Of a stretch of 64,000 bases of DNA, positions 1 to 15,000 are shown piece after piece. The stretch covers positions 186,001-250,000 of the forward strand of contig CATOCA020000003.1 of assembly GCA_951406725.2 (NCBI GenBank). Reading direction: 5' to 3'. The notes below the pieces were generated by a model. That model ran no database searches, had not been told where the DNA came from, and saw only the letters and a program-made list of their open reading frames with translations. The position numbers were made by a program, and so were the translations under genes. Each line of letters begins with the position of its first letter. Positions within the stretch are counted from its first letter, which is position 1. The stretch comes from Octopus vulgaris (taxonomy: Eukaryota).

Positions 1-3000
1 GTAGCGCGGCGGAGCTGCGGGCGAAGGCGTTAGAAAGCGGGCGAATGCCCTCCGCAATCGGTCGTTGCCTGCACCGGCCTCACTTTGTCATCTTTCGGGA
101 ATTTACGGGACGGACCGCGTGCCGCTTCGAACGCCCGCACGTCGCGACATCGGTCGCGGTTACGTCCACGCGTCCGTGGGCCGGACTGCGAGCGTGGGTT
201 CGTTCTTTCGGTATCGGGCACGGTAGCGCGGCGGAGGAACGGGCGACCGGCGCGGGCCTGCCGCTAACGGCCCCGCGGCTCGCGGACGAACGGAAGAACG
301 CGAGGCGGCGGCCGCCCGCCGGGCTGACGGTGTCGCAGGCTGACGTCCTGCCGAACGGTCCCCGAGGCATGAAACCTGCCGACTGCAAGCCCTCAAGTAT
401 AGTCTTGACCCCCTTGGGGTGCGACGGTCACCTAGAGGCATGACTATCCAGCCGGGGCCGATCCGTTTGCTTACGGTCCGAGCACCTCCTTAACTCACGG
501 GTCGGACCACGTCGCTGTTTTTACCCGGTGCATATCGCCACGCACTCCCGGCGACTGACGGCATCGATCGCGCCTACGTCCACGTGTACGCGGGCGAGAG
601 CGCCAGCTTCGCTCAAGCTCCACTTCGGCCTCGCCGTAGCGCGGCGGAGGCGCGGGCGAAGGAGGTCGCAGGCCCGCCGCTACCGGCTCCGGCCGCAGTT
701 TGTCACCTTTCGGGAATTTACGAGACGACCACGTCGCCGTATCGAACGCCCGTACCTCGCAACATCGGTCGCGGCTAGGTCCACGCGTACGTGGCCGACA
801 CCGCCAACTTAGTTTCGTGCATTCGATTCCACGCACGGTTCGGCGGCGGAGACTTGGGCGACCGGCGCAGGCCTTGCGCAGGCCTGCCGCTACATCGCGC
901 TAGCCGCAGTTTGTCATCTTTCGGGATTTTACGGGACGGACCGCGTCGCCGTATCGAGCGCGTGCATCTCGTGAACGCCTTCCGGCATCGCTGGCGGCTA
1001 CGTCCGCGCGTACGTGGGCCATGACGCGAGCTTGGCTTCGTTCTTTCGATTTCGGGCACGGTAGCGCGGCGGAGCAACGGGCGACAGGCGCAGGCCTGCC
1101 GCTAACGGCCCCGCGGGGCGTGGAGGAACGGGAGAAAGCGAGGCGGCGCGATGGCGGCGGCGGCCTCCCGGGCTGACTGCGTCGTAGACTGACGTCTCTG
1201 GCATCCTGCCGAACGGTCCCGGAGACCTCCACCTGCCGACTGCAAGCCCTCACTATAGTCTTGACCCCCTTGGGGTGCGACGGTCACCTAGAGGCGTGAC
1301 TATCCAGCCGGGGCCGATCCGTTTGCTTACGGTCCGAGCACCTCCTTAACTCACGGGTCGGACAACGTCGCTGTTTTTACCCGGTGCATATCGCCACGCA
1401 CTCCCGGCGACTGACGGCATCGATCGCGCCTACGTCCACGGGTACGCGTGCGAGAGCGCGAGTTTCGCTCAAGGCGCAATCGAGCCTCTCGGTAGCGCGG
1501 CGGAGCTGCGGGCGAAGGCGGTAGAAAGCGGGCGAATGCCCGCCGCAATCGGCCGTTGCCTGCACCGGCCTCACTTTGTCATCTTTCGGGAATTTACGGG
1601 ACGGACCGCGTCGCCGCATCGAACGCCCGCACGTCGCGACATCGGTCGCGGCTACGTCCACGCGTACGCGGGCGAGACCGCACGCTCAAGTTCGTGCTTT
1701 CGATTTCACGCACGGTAGGGCGGCGGAGACGCGGGCGACCGGCGCACGCCTTCCGCCGCTACCTCGTGCTAGCCGCAGTTTGTCATCTTTCGGGATTTTA
1801 CGGGACGGACCACGTACTCCTATCGAGCGCCGGTATCTCGTGAACGCCTTCCGGCACCGGTGGCGGCTACGTCCACGCGTACGGGGGTCGCACCGCGAGC
1901 TTAGGTTCGTTCTTTCGATTTCGGGCACGTCTGGGCGGCGGAGCAACGGGCGACCGTGCTAGCCGCAGTTTGCCATCTTTCGGGTTTTCACGGGACGCAC
2001 CACGTCGCCGTATCGACGGCGTGCATCTCGTGAACGCCTTCCGGCATCGGTGGCGGCTACGTCCACGCGTCCGTGGGCCGTACCGCGAGCGTGGGTTCGT
2101 TCTTTCGGTTTCGGGCACGGTCGCGCGGCGGAGGAAAGGGCGACCGGCGCGGGCCTGCAGCTAACGTCCCCGCGGCTCGCGGACGAACGGGAGAAAGCGA
2201 GGCGGCGCGAAGGCGGCGGCCACCCGCCGGGCTGACGGCGTCGCAGGCTGACGTCTCTGGCGTCCTGCCGAACGGTCCCCGAGGCATGAAACCTGCCGAC
2301 TGCAAGCCCTCAATATAGTCTTGACCCCCTTGGGGTGCGACGGTCACCTAGAGGCGTGACTATCCAGCCGGGGCCGATCCGTTTGCTTACGGTCCGAGCA
2401 CCTCCTTTACTCACGGGTCGGACCTCTCGCTGTTTTTACCCGGTGCATATTGTCACGCACTCCCGGCGACTGACGGAATCGATCGCGCCTACGTCCACGG
2501 GTACGCGGGCGAGAGCGCGAGTTTCGCTCAAGACGCAATCGAGCCTCGCGGTAGCGCGGCGGAGTTGCGGGCGAAGGCGGTAGAAAGCGGGCGAATGCCT
2601 GCCGCAATCGGCCGTTGCCTGCACCGGCCTCACTTTGTCATCTTTCGGGAATTTACGGGACGGACCGCGTCGCCGCTTCGAACGCCCGCACGTCGCGACA
2701 TCGGTCGCGGCTACGTCCACGCGTCCGTGGGCCGGACCGCGAGCGTGGGTTCGTTCTTTCGGTATCGGGCACGGTAGCGCGGCGGAGGAACGGGCGACCG
2801 GCGCGGGCCTGCCGCCGCTAACGGCCCCGAAGCTCGCGGACGAACGGGAGAACGCGAGGCGGCGCGAAGGCGGCGGCCGCTCACCGGGCTGACGGCGTCG
2901 CAGGCTGACGTCCTGCCGATCGGTCCCCGAGGCATGAAACCTGCCGACTGCAAGCCCTCAATATAGTCTTGACCCCCTTGGGGTGCGACGGTCACCTAGA

Positions 3001-6000
3001 GGCATGACTATCCAGCCGGGGCCAATCCGTTTGCTTACGGTCCGAGCACCTCCTTAACTCACGGGTCGGACCACGTCGCTGTTTTTACCCGGTGCATATC
3101 GCCACGCACTCCCGGCGACTGACGGCATCGATCGCGCCTACGTCCACGTGTACGCGGGCGAGAGCGCCAGCTTCGCTCAAGCTCCACTTCGGCCTCGCCG
3201 TAGCGCGGCGGAGGCGCGGGCGAAGGCGGTCGCAGGCCCGCCGCTACCGGCTCCGGCCGCAGTTTGTCACCTTTCGGGAATTTACGAGACGGACCACGTC
3301 GCCGTATCGAACGCCCGTCTCTCGCAACATCGGTCGCGGCTAGGTCCACGCGTACGTGGCCGACACCGCCAACTTAGTTTCGTGCTTTCGATTCCACGCA
3401 CGGTTCGGCGGCGGAGACTTGGGCGACCGGCGCAGGCCTTGCGCAGGCCTGCCGCTACATCGCGCTAGCCGCAGTTTGTCATCTTTCGGGATTTTACGGG
3501 ACGGACCGCGTCGCCGTATCGAGCGCGTGCATCTCGTGAACGCCTTCCGGCATCGCTGGCGGCTACGTCTACGCGTACGTGGGCCATGACGCGAGCTTGG
3601 GTTCGTTCTTTCGATTTCGGGCACGGTAGCGCGGCGGAGCAACGGGCGACAGGCGCAGGCCTGCCGCTAACGGCCCCGCGGGGCGTGGAGGAACGGGAGA
3701 AAGCGAGGCGGCGCGAAGGCGGCGGCGGCCCGCCGGGCTGACGGCGTCGTAGGCTGACGTCTCTGGCATCCTGCCGAACGGTCCCGGAGACCTCCACCTG
3801 CCGACTGCAAGCCCTCACTATAGTCTTGACCCCCTTGGGGTGCGACGGTCACCTAGAGGCGTGACTATCCAGCCGGGGCCGATCCGTTTGCTTACGGTCC
3901 GAGCACCTCCTTAACTGTTTTTACGGGTCGGACCTCGTCGCTGTTTTTACCCGGTGCATATCGCCACGCACTCCCGGCGACTGACGGCATCGATCGCGCC
4001 TACGTCCACGGGTACGCGGGCGAGAGCGCGAGTTTCGCTCAAGGCGCAATCGAGCCTCTCGGTAGCGCGGCGGAGCTGCGGGCGAAGGCGGTAGAAAGCG
4101 GGCGAATGCCCGCCGCAATCGGCCGTTGCCTGCACCGGCCTCACTTTGTCATCTTTCGGGAATTTACGGGACGGACCGCGTCGCCGTATCGAACGCCCGC
4201 ACGTCGCGACATCGGTCGCGGCTACGTCCACGCGTACGCGGGCGAGACCGCACGCTCAAGTTCGTGCTTTCGATTTCACGCACGGTAGGGCGGCGGAGAC
4301 GCGGGCGACCGGCGCACGCCTTCCGCCGCTACCTCGTGCTAGCCGCAGTTTGTCATCTTTCGGGATTTTACGGGACGGACCACGTACTCCTATCGAGCGC
4401 CGGTATCTCGTGAACAACTTCCGGCACCGGTGGCGGCTACGTCCACGCGTACGGGGTCGCACCGCGAGCTTAGGTTCGTTCTTTCGATTTCGGGCACGTC
4501 TGGGCGGCGGAGCAACGGGCGACCGTGCTAGCCGCAGTTTGCCATCTTTCGTGTTTTCACGGGACGCACCACGTCGCCGTATCGACGGCGTGCATCTCGT
4601 GAACGCCTTCCGGCATCGGTGGCGGCTACGTCCACGCGTACGTGGGCGAGACCGCACGCTCAAGTTCGTTCTTTCGATTTCGGGCACGCTAGGGCGGCGG
4701 AGCAACGGGCGACCGTGCTAGCCGCAGTTTGCCATCTTTCGGGTTTTTACGGGACGGACCGCGTCGCCGTATCGAGGGCGTGCATCTCGTGAACGCCTTC
4801 CGGCACCGGTGGCGGCTACGTCCACGCGTCCGTGGGTCGTACCGCGAGCGTGGGTTCGTTCTTTCGGTTTCGGGCACGGTAGCGCGGCGGAGGAACGGGC
4901 GACCGGCGCGGGCCTGCCGCTAACGGCCCCGCGGCTCGCGGACGAACGGGAGAAAGCGAGGCGGCGCGAAGGCGGCGGCCACCCGCCGGGCTGACGGCGT
5001 CGCAGGCTGACGTCTCTGGCGTCCTGCCGAACGGTCCCCGAGGCATGAAACCTGCCGACTGCAAGCCCTCAAATATAGTGTTGACCCCCTTGGGGTGCGA
5101 CGGTCACCTAGAGGCGTGACTATCCAGCCGGGGCCGATCCGTTTGCTTACGGTCCGAGCACCTCCTTAACTCACGGGTCGGACCACGTCGCTGTTTTTAC
5201 CCGGTGCATATCGCCACGCACTCCCGGCGACTGACGGCATCGATCGCGCCTACGTCCACGGGTACGCGGGCGAGAGCGCGAGTTTCGCTCAAGTCCTAAA
5301 CGAGCCTCGCGGTAGCGCGGCGGAGCTGCGGGCGAAGGCGTTAGAAAGCGGGCGAATGCCCGCCGCAATCGGCCGTTGCCTGCACCGGCCTCACTTTGTC
5401 ATCTTTCGGGAATTTACGGGACGGACCGCGTCGCCGAATCGAAGGCGTGCATCTCGTGAACGCCTTCCGGCATCGGTGGCGGCTACGTCCACGCGTCCGT
5501 GGGCCGGACGCGAGCGTGGGTTCGTTCTTTCGGTATCGGGCACGGTAGTGCGGCGGAGGAACGGGCGACCGGCGCGGGCCTGCCGCTAACGGCCCCGCGG
5601 GTCGCGGACGAACGGAAGAACGCGAGGCGGCGGCCGCCCGCCGGGCTGACGGCGTCGCAGGCTGACGTCCTGCCGAACGGTCCCCGAGGCATGAAACCTG
5701 CCGACTGCAAGCCCTCAAGTATAGTCTTGACCCCCTTGGGGTGCGACGGTCACCTAGAGGCATGACTATCCAGCCGGGGCCGATCCGTTTGCTTACGGTC
5801 CGAGCACCTCCTTAACTCACGGGTCGGACCACGTCGCTGTTTTTACCCGGTGCATATCGCCACGCACTCCCGGCGACTGACGGCATCGATCGCGCCTACG
5901 TCCACGTGTACGCGGGCGAGAGCGCCAGCTTCGCTCAAGCTCCACTTCGGCCTCGCCGTAGCGCGGCGGAGGCGCGGGCGAAGGCGGTCGCAGGCCCGCC

Positions 6001-9000
6001 GCTACCGGCTCCGGCCGCAGTTTGTCACCTTTCGGGAATTTACGAGACGGACCACGTCGCCGTATCGAACGCCCGTACCTCGCAACATCGGTCGCGGCTA
6101 GGTCCACGCGTACGTGGCCGACACCGCCAACTTAGTTTCGTGCATTCGATTCCACGCACGGTTCGGCGGCGGAGACTTGGGCGACCGGCGCAGGCCTTGC
6201 GCAGGCCTGCCGCTACATCGCGCTAGCCGCAGTTTGTCATCTTTCGGGATTTTACGGGACGGACCGCGTCGCCGTATCGACGGCGTGCATCTCGTGAACG
6301 CCTTCCGGCATCGGTGGCGGCTACGTCCACGCGTACGTGGGCCATGACGCGAGCTTGGGTTCGTTCTTTCGATTTCGGGCACGGTAGCGCGGCGGAGCAA
6401 CGGGCGACCGGCGCAGGCCTGCCGCTAACGGCCCCGCGGGGCGTGGAGGAACGGGAGAAAGCGAGGCGGCGCGAAGGCGGCGGCGGCCCCCGGGCTGACG
6501 GCGTCGTAGGCTGACGTCTCTGGCATCCTGCCGAACGGTCCCCGAGGCCTCCACCTGCCGACTGCAAGCCCTCACTATAGTCTTGACCCCCTTGGGGTGC
6601 GACGGTCACCTAGAGGCGTGACTATCCAGCCGGGGCCGATCCGTTTGCTTACGGTCCGAGCACCTCCTTAACTCACGGGTCGGACAACGTCGCTGTTTTT
6701 ACCCGGTGCATATCGCCACGCACTCCCGGCGACTGACGGCATCGATCGCGCCTACGTCCACGGGTACGCGGGCGAGAGCGCGAGTTTCGCTCAAGGCGCA
6801 ATCGAGCCTCTCGGTAGCGCGGCGGAGCTGCGGGCGAAGGCGGTAGAAAGCGGGCGAATGCCCGCCGCAATCGGCCGTTGCCTGCACCGGCCTCACTTTG
6901 TCATCTTTCGGGAATTTACGGGACGGACCGCGTCGCCGCATCGAACGCCCGCACGTCGCGACATCGGTCGCGGCTACGTCCACGCGTACGCGGGCGAGAC
7001 CGCACGCTCAAGTTCGTGCTTTCGATTTCACGCACGGTAGGGCGGCGGAGACGCGGGCGACCGGCGCACGCCTTCCGCCGCTACCTCGTGCTAGCCGCAG
7101 TTTGTCATCTTTCGGGATTTTACGGGACGGACCACGTACTCCTATCGAGCGCCGGTATCTCGTGAACGCCTTCCGGCACCGGTGGCGGCTACGTCCACGC
7201 GTACGGGGTCGCACCGCGAGCTTAGGTTCGTTCTTTCGATTTCGGGCACGTCTGGGCGGCGGAGCAACGGGCGACCGTGCTAGCCGCAGTTTGCCATCTT
7301 TCGGGTTTTCACGGGACGCACCACGTCGCCGTATCGACGGCGTGCATCTCGTGAACGCCTTCGGCATCGGTGGCGGCTACGTCCACGCGTCCGTGGGCCG
7401 TACCGCGAGCGTGGGTTCGTTCTTCCGGTTTCGGGCACGGTCGCGCGGCGGAGGAAAGGGCGACCGGCGCGGGCCTGCAGCTAACGTCCCCGCGGCTCGC
7501 GGACGAACGGGAGAAAGCGAGGCGGCGCGAAGGCGGCGGCCACCCGCCGGGCTGACGGCGTCGCAGGCTGACGTCTCTGGCGTCCTGCCGAACGGTCCCC
7601 GAGGCATGAAACCTGCCGACTGCAAGCCCTCAATATAGTCTTGACCCCCTTGGGGTGCGACGGTCACCTAGAGGCGTGACTATCCAGCCGGGGCCGATCC
7701 GTTTGCTTACGGTCCGAGCACCTCCTTAACTCACGGGTCGGACCTCCTCGCTGTTTTTACCCGGTGCATATTGCCACGCACTCCCGGCGACTGACGGAAT
7801 CGATCGCGCCTACGTCCACGGGTACGCGGGCGAGAGCGCGAGTTTCGCTCAAGACGGAATCGAGCCTCGCGGTAGCGCGGCGGAGTTGCGGGCGAAGGCG
7901 GTAGAAAGCGGGCGAATGCCCGCCGCAATCGGCCGTTGCCTGCACCGGCCTCACTTTGTCATCTTTCGGGAATTTACGGGACGGACCGCGTCGCCGCTTC
8001 GAACGCCCGCACGTCGCGACATCGGTCGCGGCTACGTCCACGCGTCCGTGGGCCGGACCGCGAGCGTGGGTTCGTTCTTTCGGTATCGGGCACGGTAGCG
8101 CGGCGGAGGAACGGGCGACCGGCGCGGGCCTGCCGCTAACGGCCCCGCGGCTCGCGGACGAACGGGAGAACGCGAGGCGGCGGCCGCCCGCCGGGGGCTG
8201 ACGGCGTCGCAGGCTGACGTCCTGCCGAACGGTCCCCGAGGCATGAAACCTGCAGACTGCAAGCCCTCAAGTATAGTCTTGACCCCCTTGGGGTGCGACG
8301 GTCACCTAGAGGCATGACTATCCAGCCGGGGCCAATCCGTTTGCTTACGGTCCGAGCACCTCCTTAACTCACGGGTCGGACCACGTCGCTGTTTTTACCC
8401 GGTGCATATCGCCACGCACTCCCGGCGACTGACGGCATCGATCGCGCCTACGTCCACGTGTACGCGGGCGAGAGCGCCAGCTTCGCTCAAGCTCCACTTC
8501 GGCCTCGCCGTAGCGCGGCGGAGGCGCGGGCGAAGGCGGTCGCAGGCCCGCCGCTACCGGCTCCGGCCGCAGTTTGTCACCTTTCGGGAATTTACGAGAC
8601 GGACCACGTCGCCGTATCGAACGCCCGTACCTCGCAACATCGGTCGCGGCTAGGTCCACGCGTACGTGGCCGACACCGCCAACTTAGTTTCGTGCTTTCG
8701 ATTCCACGCACGGTTCGGCGGCGGAGACTTGGGCGACCGGCGCAGGCCTTGCGCAGGCCTGCCGCTACATCGCGCTAGCCGCAGTTTGTCATCTTTCGGG
8801 ATTTTACGGGACGGACCGCGTCGCCGTATCGAGCGCGTGCATCTCGTGAACGCCTTCCGGCATCGCTGGCGGCTACGTCTACGCGTACGTGGGCCATGAC
8901 GCGAGCTTGGGTTCGTTCTTTCGATTTCGGGCACGGTAGCGCGGCGGAGCAACGGGCGACAGGCGCAGGCCTGCCGCTAACGGCCCCGCGGGGCGTGGAG

Positions 9001-12000
9001 GAACGGGAGAAAGCGAGGCGGCGCGAAGGCGGCGGCGGCCCGCCGGGCTGACTGCGTCGTAGACTGACGTCTCTGGCATCCTGCCGAACGGTCCCGGAGA
9101 CCTCCACCTGCCGACTGCAAGCCCTCACTATAGTCTTGACCCCCTTGGGGTGCGACGGTCACCTAGAGGCGTGACTATCCAGCCGGGGCCGATCCGTTTG
9201 CTTACGGTCCGAGCACCTCCTTAACTCACGGGTCGGACCACGTCGCTGTTTTTACCCGGTGCATATCGCCACGCACTCCCGGCGACTGACGGCATCGATC
9301 GCGCCTACGTCCACGGGTACGCGGGCGAGAGCGCGAGTTTCGCTCAAGGCGCAATCGAGCCTCGCGGTAGCGCGGCGGAGCTGCGGGCGAAGGCGGTAGA
9401 AAGCGGGCGAATGCCCGCCGCAATCGGCCGTTGCCTGCACCGGCCTCACTTTGTCATCTTTCGGGAATTTACGGGACGGACCGCGTCGCCGCATCGAACG
9501 CCCGCACCTCGCGACATCGGTCGCGGCTACGTCCACGCGTACGTGGGCGAGACCGCACGCTCAAGTTCGTTCTTTCGATTTCGGGCACGTAAGGGCGGCG
9601 GAGACGCGGGCGACCGGCGCACGCCTTCCGCCGCTACCTCGTGCTAGCCGCAGTTTGTCATCTTTCGGGAATTTACGAGATGGACCACGTCGCCGTATCG
9701 AGCGCCGGTATCTCGTGAACAACTTCCGGCACCGGTGGCGGCTACGTCCACGCGTACGGGGGTCGCACCGCGAGCTTAGGTTCGTTCTTTCGATTTCGGG
9801 CACGTCTGGGCGGCGGAGCAACGGGCGACCGTGCTAGCCGCAGTTTGCCATCTTTCGTGTTTCACGGGACGGACCACGTCGCCGTATCGACGGCGTGCAT
9901 CTCGTGAACGCCTTCCGGCATCGGTGGCGGCTACGTCCACGCGTACGTGGGCGAGACCGCACGCTCAAGTTCGTTCTTTCGATTTCGGCACGCTAGGGCG
10001 GCGGAGCAACGGGCGACCGTGCTAGCCGCAGTTTGCCATCTTTCGGGTTTTTACGGGACGGACCGCGTCGCCGTATCGAGGGCGTGCATCTCGTGAACGC
10101 CTTCCGGCATCGGTGGCGGCTACGTCCACGCGTCCGTGGGCCGTACCGCGAGCGTGGGTTCGTTCATTCGGTTTCGGGCACGGTCGTGCGGCGGAGGAAC
10201 GGGCGACCGGCGCGGGCCTGCCGCTAACGGCCCCGCGGCTCGCGGACGAACGGGAGAAAGCGAGGCGGCGCGAAGGCGGCGGCCACCCGCCGGGCTGACG
10301 GCGTCGCAGGCTGACGTCTCTGGCGTCCAGCCGAACGGTCCCCGAGGCATGAAACCTGCCGACTGCAAGCCCTCAAATATAGTCTTGACCCCCTTGGGGT
10401 GCGACGGTCACCTAGAGGCGTGACTATCCAGCCGGGGCCGATCCGTTTGCTTACGGTCCGAGCACCTCCGTAACTCACGGGTCGGACCACGTCGCTGTTT
10501 TTACCCGGTGCATATCGCCACGCACTCCCGGCGACTGACGGCATCGATCGCGCCTACGTCCACGGGTACGCGGGTGAGAGCGCGAGTTTCGCTCAAGTCC
10601 TAAACGAGCCTCGCGGTAGCGCGGCGGAGCTGCGGGCGAAGGCGTTAGAAAGCGGGCGAATGCCCTCCGCAATCGGCCGTTGCCTGCACCGGCCTCACTT
10701 TGTCATCTTTCGGGAATTTACGGGACGGACCGCGTGCCGCTTCGAACGCCCGCACGTCGCGACATCGGTCGCGGCTACGTCCACGCGTCCGTGGGCCGGA
10801 CCGCGAGCGTGGGTTCGTTCTTTCGGTATCGGGCACGGTAGTGCGGCGGAGGAACGGGCGACCGGCGCGGGCCTGCCGCTAACGGCCCCGCGGGTCGCGG
10901 ACGAACGGAAGAACGCGAGGCGGCGGCCGCCCGCCGGGCTGACGGCGTCGCAGGCTGACGTCCTGCCGAACGGTCCCCGAGGCATGAAACCTGCCGACTG
11001 CAAGCCCTCAAGTATAGTCTTGACCCCCTTGGGGTGCGACGGTCACCTAGAGGCATGACTATCCAGCCGGGGCCGATCCGTTTGCTTACGGTCCGAGCAC
11101 CTCCTTAACTCACGGGTCGGACCACGTCGCTGTTTTTACCCGGTGCATATCGCCACGCACTCCCGGCGACTGACGGCATCGATCGCGCCTACGTCCACGT
11201 GTACGCGGGCGAGAGCGCCAGCTTCGCTCAAGCTCCACTTCGGCCTCGCCGTAGCGCGGCGGAGGCGCGGGCGAAGGAGGTCGCAGGCCCGCCGCTACCG
11301 GCTCCGGCCGCAGTTTGTCACCTTTCGGGAATTTACGAGACGGACCACGTCGCCGTATCGAACGCCCGTACCTCGCAACATCGGTCGCGGCTAGGTCCAC
11401 GCGTACGTGGCCGACACCGCCAACTTAGTTTCGTGCTTTCGATTCCACGCACGGTTCGGCGGCGGAGACTTGGGCGACCGGCGCAGGCCTTGCGCAGGCC
11501 TGCCGCTACATCGCGCTAGCCGCAGTTTGTCATCTTTCGGGATTTTACGGGACGGACCGCGTCGCCGTATCGAGCGCGTGCATCTCGTGAACGCCTTCCG
11601 GCATCGCTGGCGGCTACGTCTACGCGTACGTGGGCCATGACGCGAGCTTGGGTTCGTTCTTTCGATTTCGGGCACTGTAGCGCGGCGGAGCAACGGGCGA
11701 CAGGCGCAGGCCTGCCGCTAACGGCCCCGCGGGGCGTGGAGGAACGGGAGAAAGCGAGGCGGCGCGATGGCGGCGGCGGCCCCCCGGGCTGACTGCGTCG
11801 TAGACTGACGTCTCTGGCATCCTGCCGAACGGTCCCGGAGACCTCCACCTGCCGACTGCAAGCCCTCACTATAGTCTTGACCCCCTTGGGGTGCGACGGT
11901 CACCTAGAGGCGTGACTATCCAGCCGGGGCCGATCCGTTTGCTTACGGTCCGAGCACCTCCTTAACTCACGGGTCGGACAACGTCGCTGTTTTTACCCGG

Positions 12001-15000
12001 TGCATATCGCCACGCACTCCCGGCGACTGACGGCATCGATCGCGCCTACGTCCACGGGTACGCGTGCGAGAGCGCGAGTTTCGCTCAAGGCGCAATCGAG
12101 CCTCTCGGTAGCGCGGCGGAGCTGCGGGCGAAGGCGGTAGAAAGCGGGCGAATGCCCGCCGCAATCGGCCGTTGCCTGCACCGGCCGCACTTTGTCATCT
12201 TTCGGGAATTTACGGGACGGACCGCGTCGCCGCATCGAACGCCCGCACGTCGCGACATCGGTCGCGGCTACGTCCACGCGTACGCGGGCGAGACCGCACG
12301 CTCAAGTTCGTGCTTTCGATTTCACGCACGGTAGGGCGGCGGAGACGCGGGCGACCGGCGCACGCCTTCCGCCGCTACCTCGTGCTAGCCGCAGTTTGTC
12401 ATCTTTCGGGATTTTACGGGACGGACCACGTACTCCTATCGAGCGCCGGTATCTCGTGAACGCCTTCCGGCACCGGTGGCGGCTACGTCCACGCGTACGG
12501 GGTCGCACCGCGAGCTTAGGTTCGTTCTTTCGATTTCGGGCACGTCTGGGCGGCGGAGCAACGGGCGACCGTGCTAGCCGCAGTTTGCCATCTTTCGGGT
12601 TTTTACGGGACGGCCCGCGTCGCCGTATCGACGGCGTGCATCTCGTGAACGCCTTCCGGCATCGGTGGCGGCTACGTCCACGCGTCCGTGGGCCGTACCG
12701 CGAGCGTGGGTTCGTTCTTCCGCTTTCGGGCACGGTCGCGCGGCGGAGGAAAGGGCGACCGGCGCGGGCCTGCAGCTAACGTCCCCGCGGCTCGCGGACG
12801 AACGGGAGAAAGCGAGGCGGCGCGAAGGCGGCGGCCACCCGAGGGGCTGACGGCGTCGCAGGCTGACGTCTCTGGCGTCCTGCCGAACGGTCCCCGAGGC
12901 ATGAAACCTGCCGACTGCAAGCCCTCAATATAGTCTTGACCCCCTTGGGGTGCGACGGTCACCTAGAGGCGTGACTATCCAGCCGGGGCCGATCCGTTTG
13001 CTTACGGTCCGAGCACCTCCTTAACTCACGGGTCGGACCTCCTCGCTGTTTTTACCCGGTGCATATTGCCACGCACTCCCGGCGACTGACGGAATCGATC
13101 GCGCCTACGTCCACGGGTACGCGGGCGAGAGCGCGAGTTTCGCTCAAGACGCAATCGAGCCTCGCGGTAGCGCGGCGGAGTTGCGGGCGAAGGCGGTAGA
13201 AAGCGGGCGAATGCCCGCCGCAATCGGCCGTTGCCTGCACCGGCCTCACTTTGTCATCTTTCGGGAATTTACGGGACGGACCGCGTCGCCGCTTCGAACG
13301 CCCGCACGTCGCGACATCGGTCGCGGCTACGTCCACGCGTCCGTGGGCCGGACCGCGAGCGTGGGTTCGTTCTTTCGGTATCGGGCACGGTAGCGCGGCG
13401 GAGGAACGGGCGACCGGCGCGGGCCTGCCGCTAACGGCCCCGCGGCTCGCGGACGAACGGGAGAACGCGAGGCGGCGGCCGCCCGCCGGGCTGACGGCGT
13501 CGCAGGCTGACGTCCTGCCGAACGGTCCCCGAGGCATGAAACCTGCAGACTGCAAGCCCTCAAGTATAGTCTTGACCCCCTTGGGGTGCGACGGTCACCT
13601 AGAGGCATGACTATCCAGCCGGGGCCAATCCGTTTGCTTACGGTCCGAGCACCTCCTTAACTCACGGGTCGGACCACGTCGCTGTTTTTACCCGGTGCAT
13701 ATCGCCACGCACTCCCGGCGACTGACGGCATCGATCGCGCCTACGTCCACGTGTACGCGGGCGAGAGCGCCAGCTTCGCTCAAGCTCCACTTCAGCCTCG
13801 CGGTAGCGCGGGCGGAGGCGGGTGCAGGCCCGCCGCTACCGGCTCCGGCCGCAGTTTGTCACCTTTCGGGAATTTACGAGACGGACCACGTCGCCGTATC
13901 GAACGCCCGTACCTCGCAACATCGGTCGCGGCTAGGTCCACGCGTACGTGGCCGACACCGCCAACTTAGTTTCGTGCTTTCGATTCCACGCACGGTTCGG
14001 CGGCGGAGACTTGGGCGACCGGCGCAGGCCTTGCGCAGGCCTGCCGCTACATCGCGCTAGCCGCAGTTTGTCATCTTTCGGGATTTTACGGGACGGACCG
14101 CGTCGCCGTATCGAGCGCGTGCATCTCGTGAACGCCTTCCGGCATCGCTGGCGGCTACGTCTACGCGTACGTGGGCCATGACGCGAGCTTGGGTTCGTTC
14201 TTTCGATTTCGGGCACGGTAGCGCGGCGGAGCAACGGGCGACAGGCGCAGGCCTGCCGCTAACGGCCCCGCGGGGCGTGGAGGAACGGGAGAAAGCGAGG
14301 CGGCGCGAAGGCGGCGGCGGCCCGCCGGGCTGACTGCGTCGTAGACTGACGTCTCTGGCATCCTGCCGAACGGTCCCGGAGACCTCCACCTGCCGACTGC
14401 AAGCCCTCACTATAGTCTTGACCCCCTTGGGGTGCGACGGTCACCTAGAGGCGTGACTATCCAGCCGGGGCCGATCCGTTTGCTTACGGTCCGAGCACCT
14501 CCTTAACTCACGGGTCGGACCACGTCGCTGTTTTTACCCGGTGCATATCGCCACGCACTCCCGGCGACTGACGGCATCGATCGCGCCTACGTCCACGGGT
14601 ACGCGGGCGAGAGCGCGAGTTTCGCTCAAGGCGCAATCGAGCCTCTCGGTAGCGCGGCGGAGCTGCGGGCGAAGGCGGTAGAAAGCGGGCGAATGCCCGC
14701 CGCAATCGGCCGTTGCCTGCACCGGCCTCACTTTGTCATCTTTCGGGAATTTACGGGACGGACCGCGTCGCCGCATCGAACGCCCGCACGTCGCGACATC
14801 GGTCGCGGCTACGTCCACGCGTCCGCGGGCGAGACCGCACGCTCAAGTTCGTGCTTTCGATTTCACGCACGGTAGGGCGGCGGAGACGCGGGCGACCGGC
14901 GCACGCCTTCCGCCGCTACCTCGTGCTAGCCGCAGTTTGTCATCTTTCGGGATTTTACGGGACGGACCACGTACTCCTATCGAGCGCCGGTATCTCGTGA

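Noticed and set aside
1246-1260. ccctcactatag resembles T7/T3 phage promoter ends (vector contamination)
   Set aside because: Only ~10 bp match, upstream TAATACGA is absent, and it is one allele of the repeated block.
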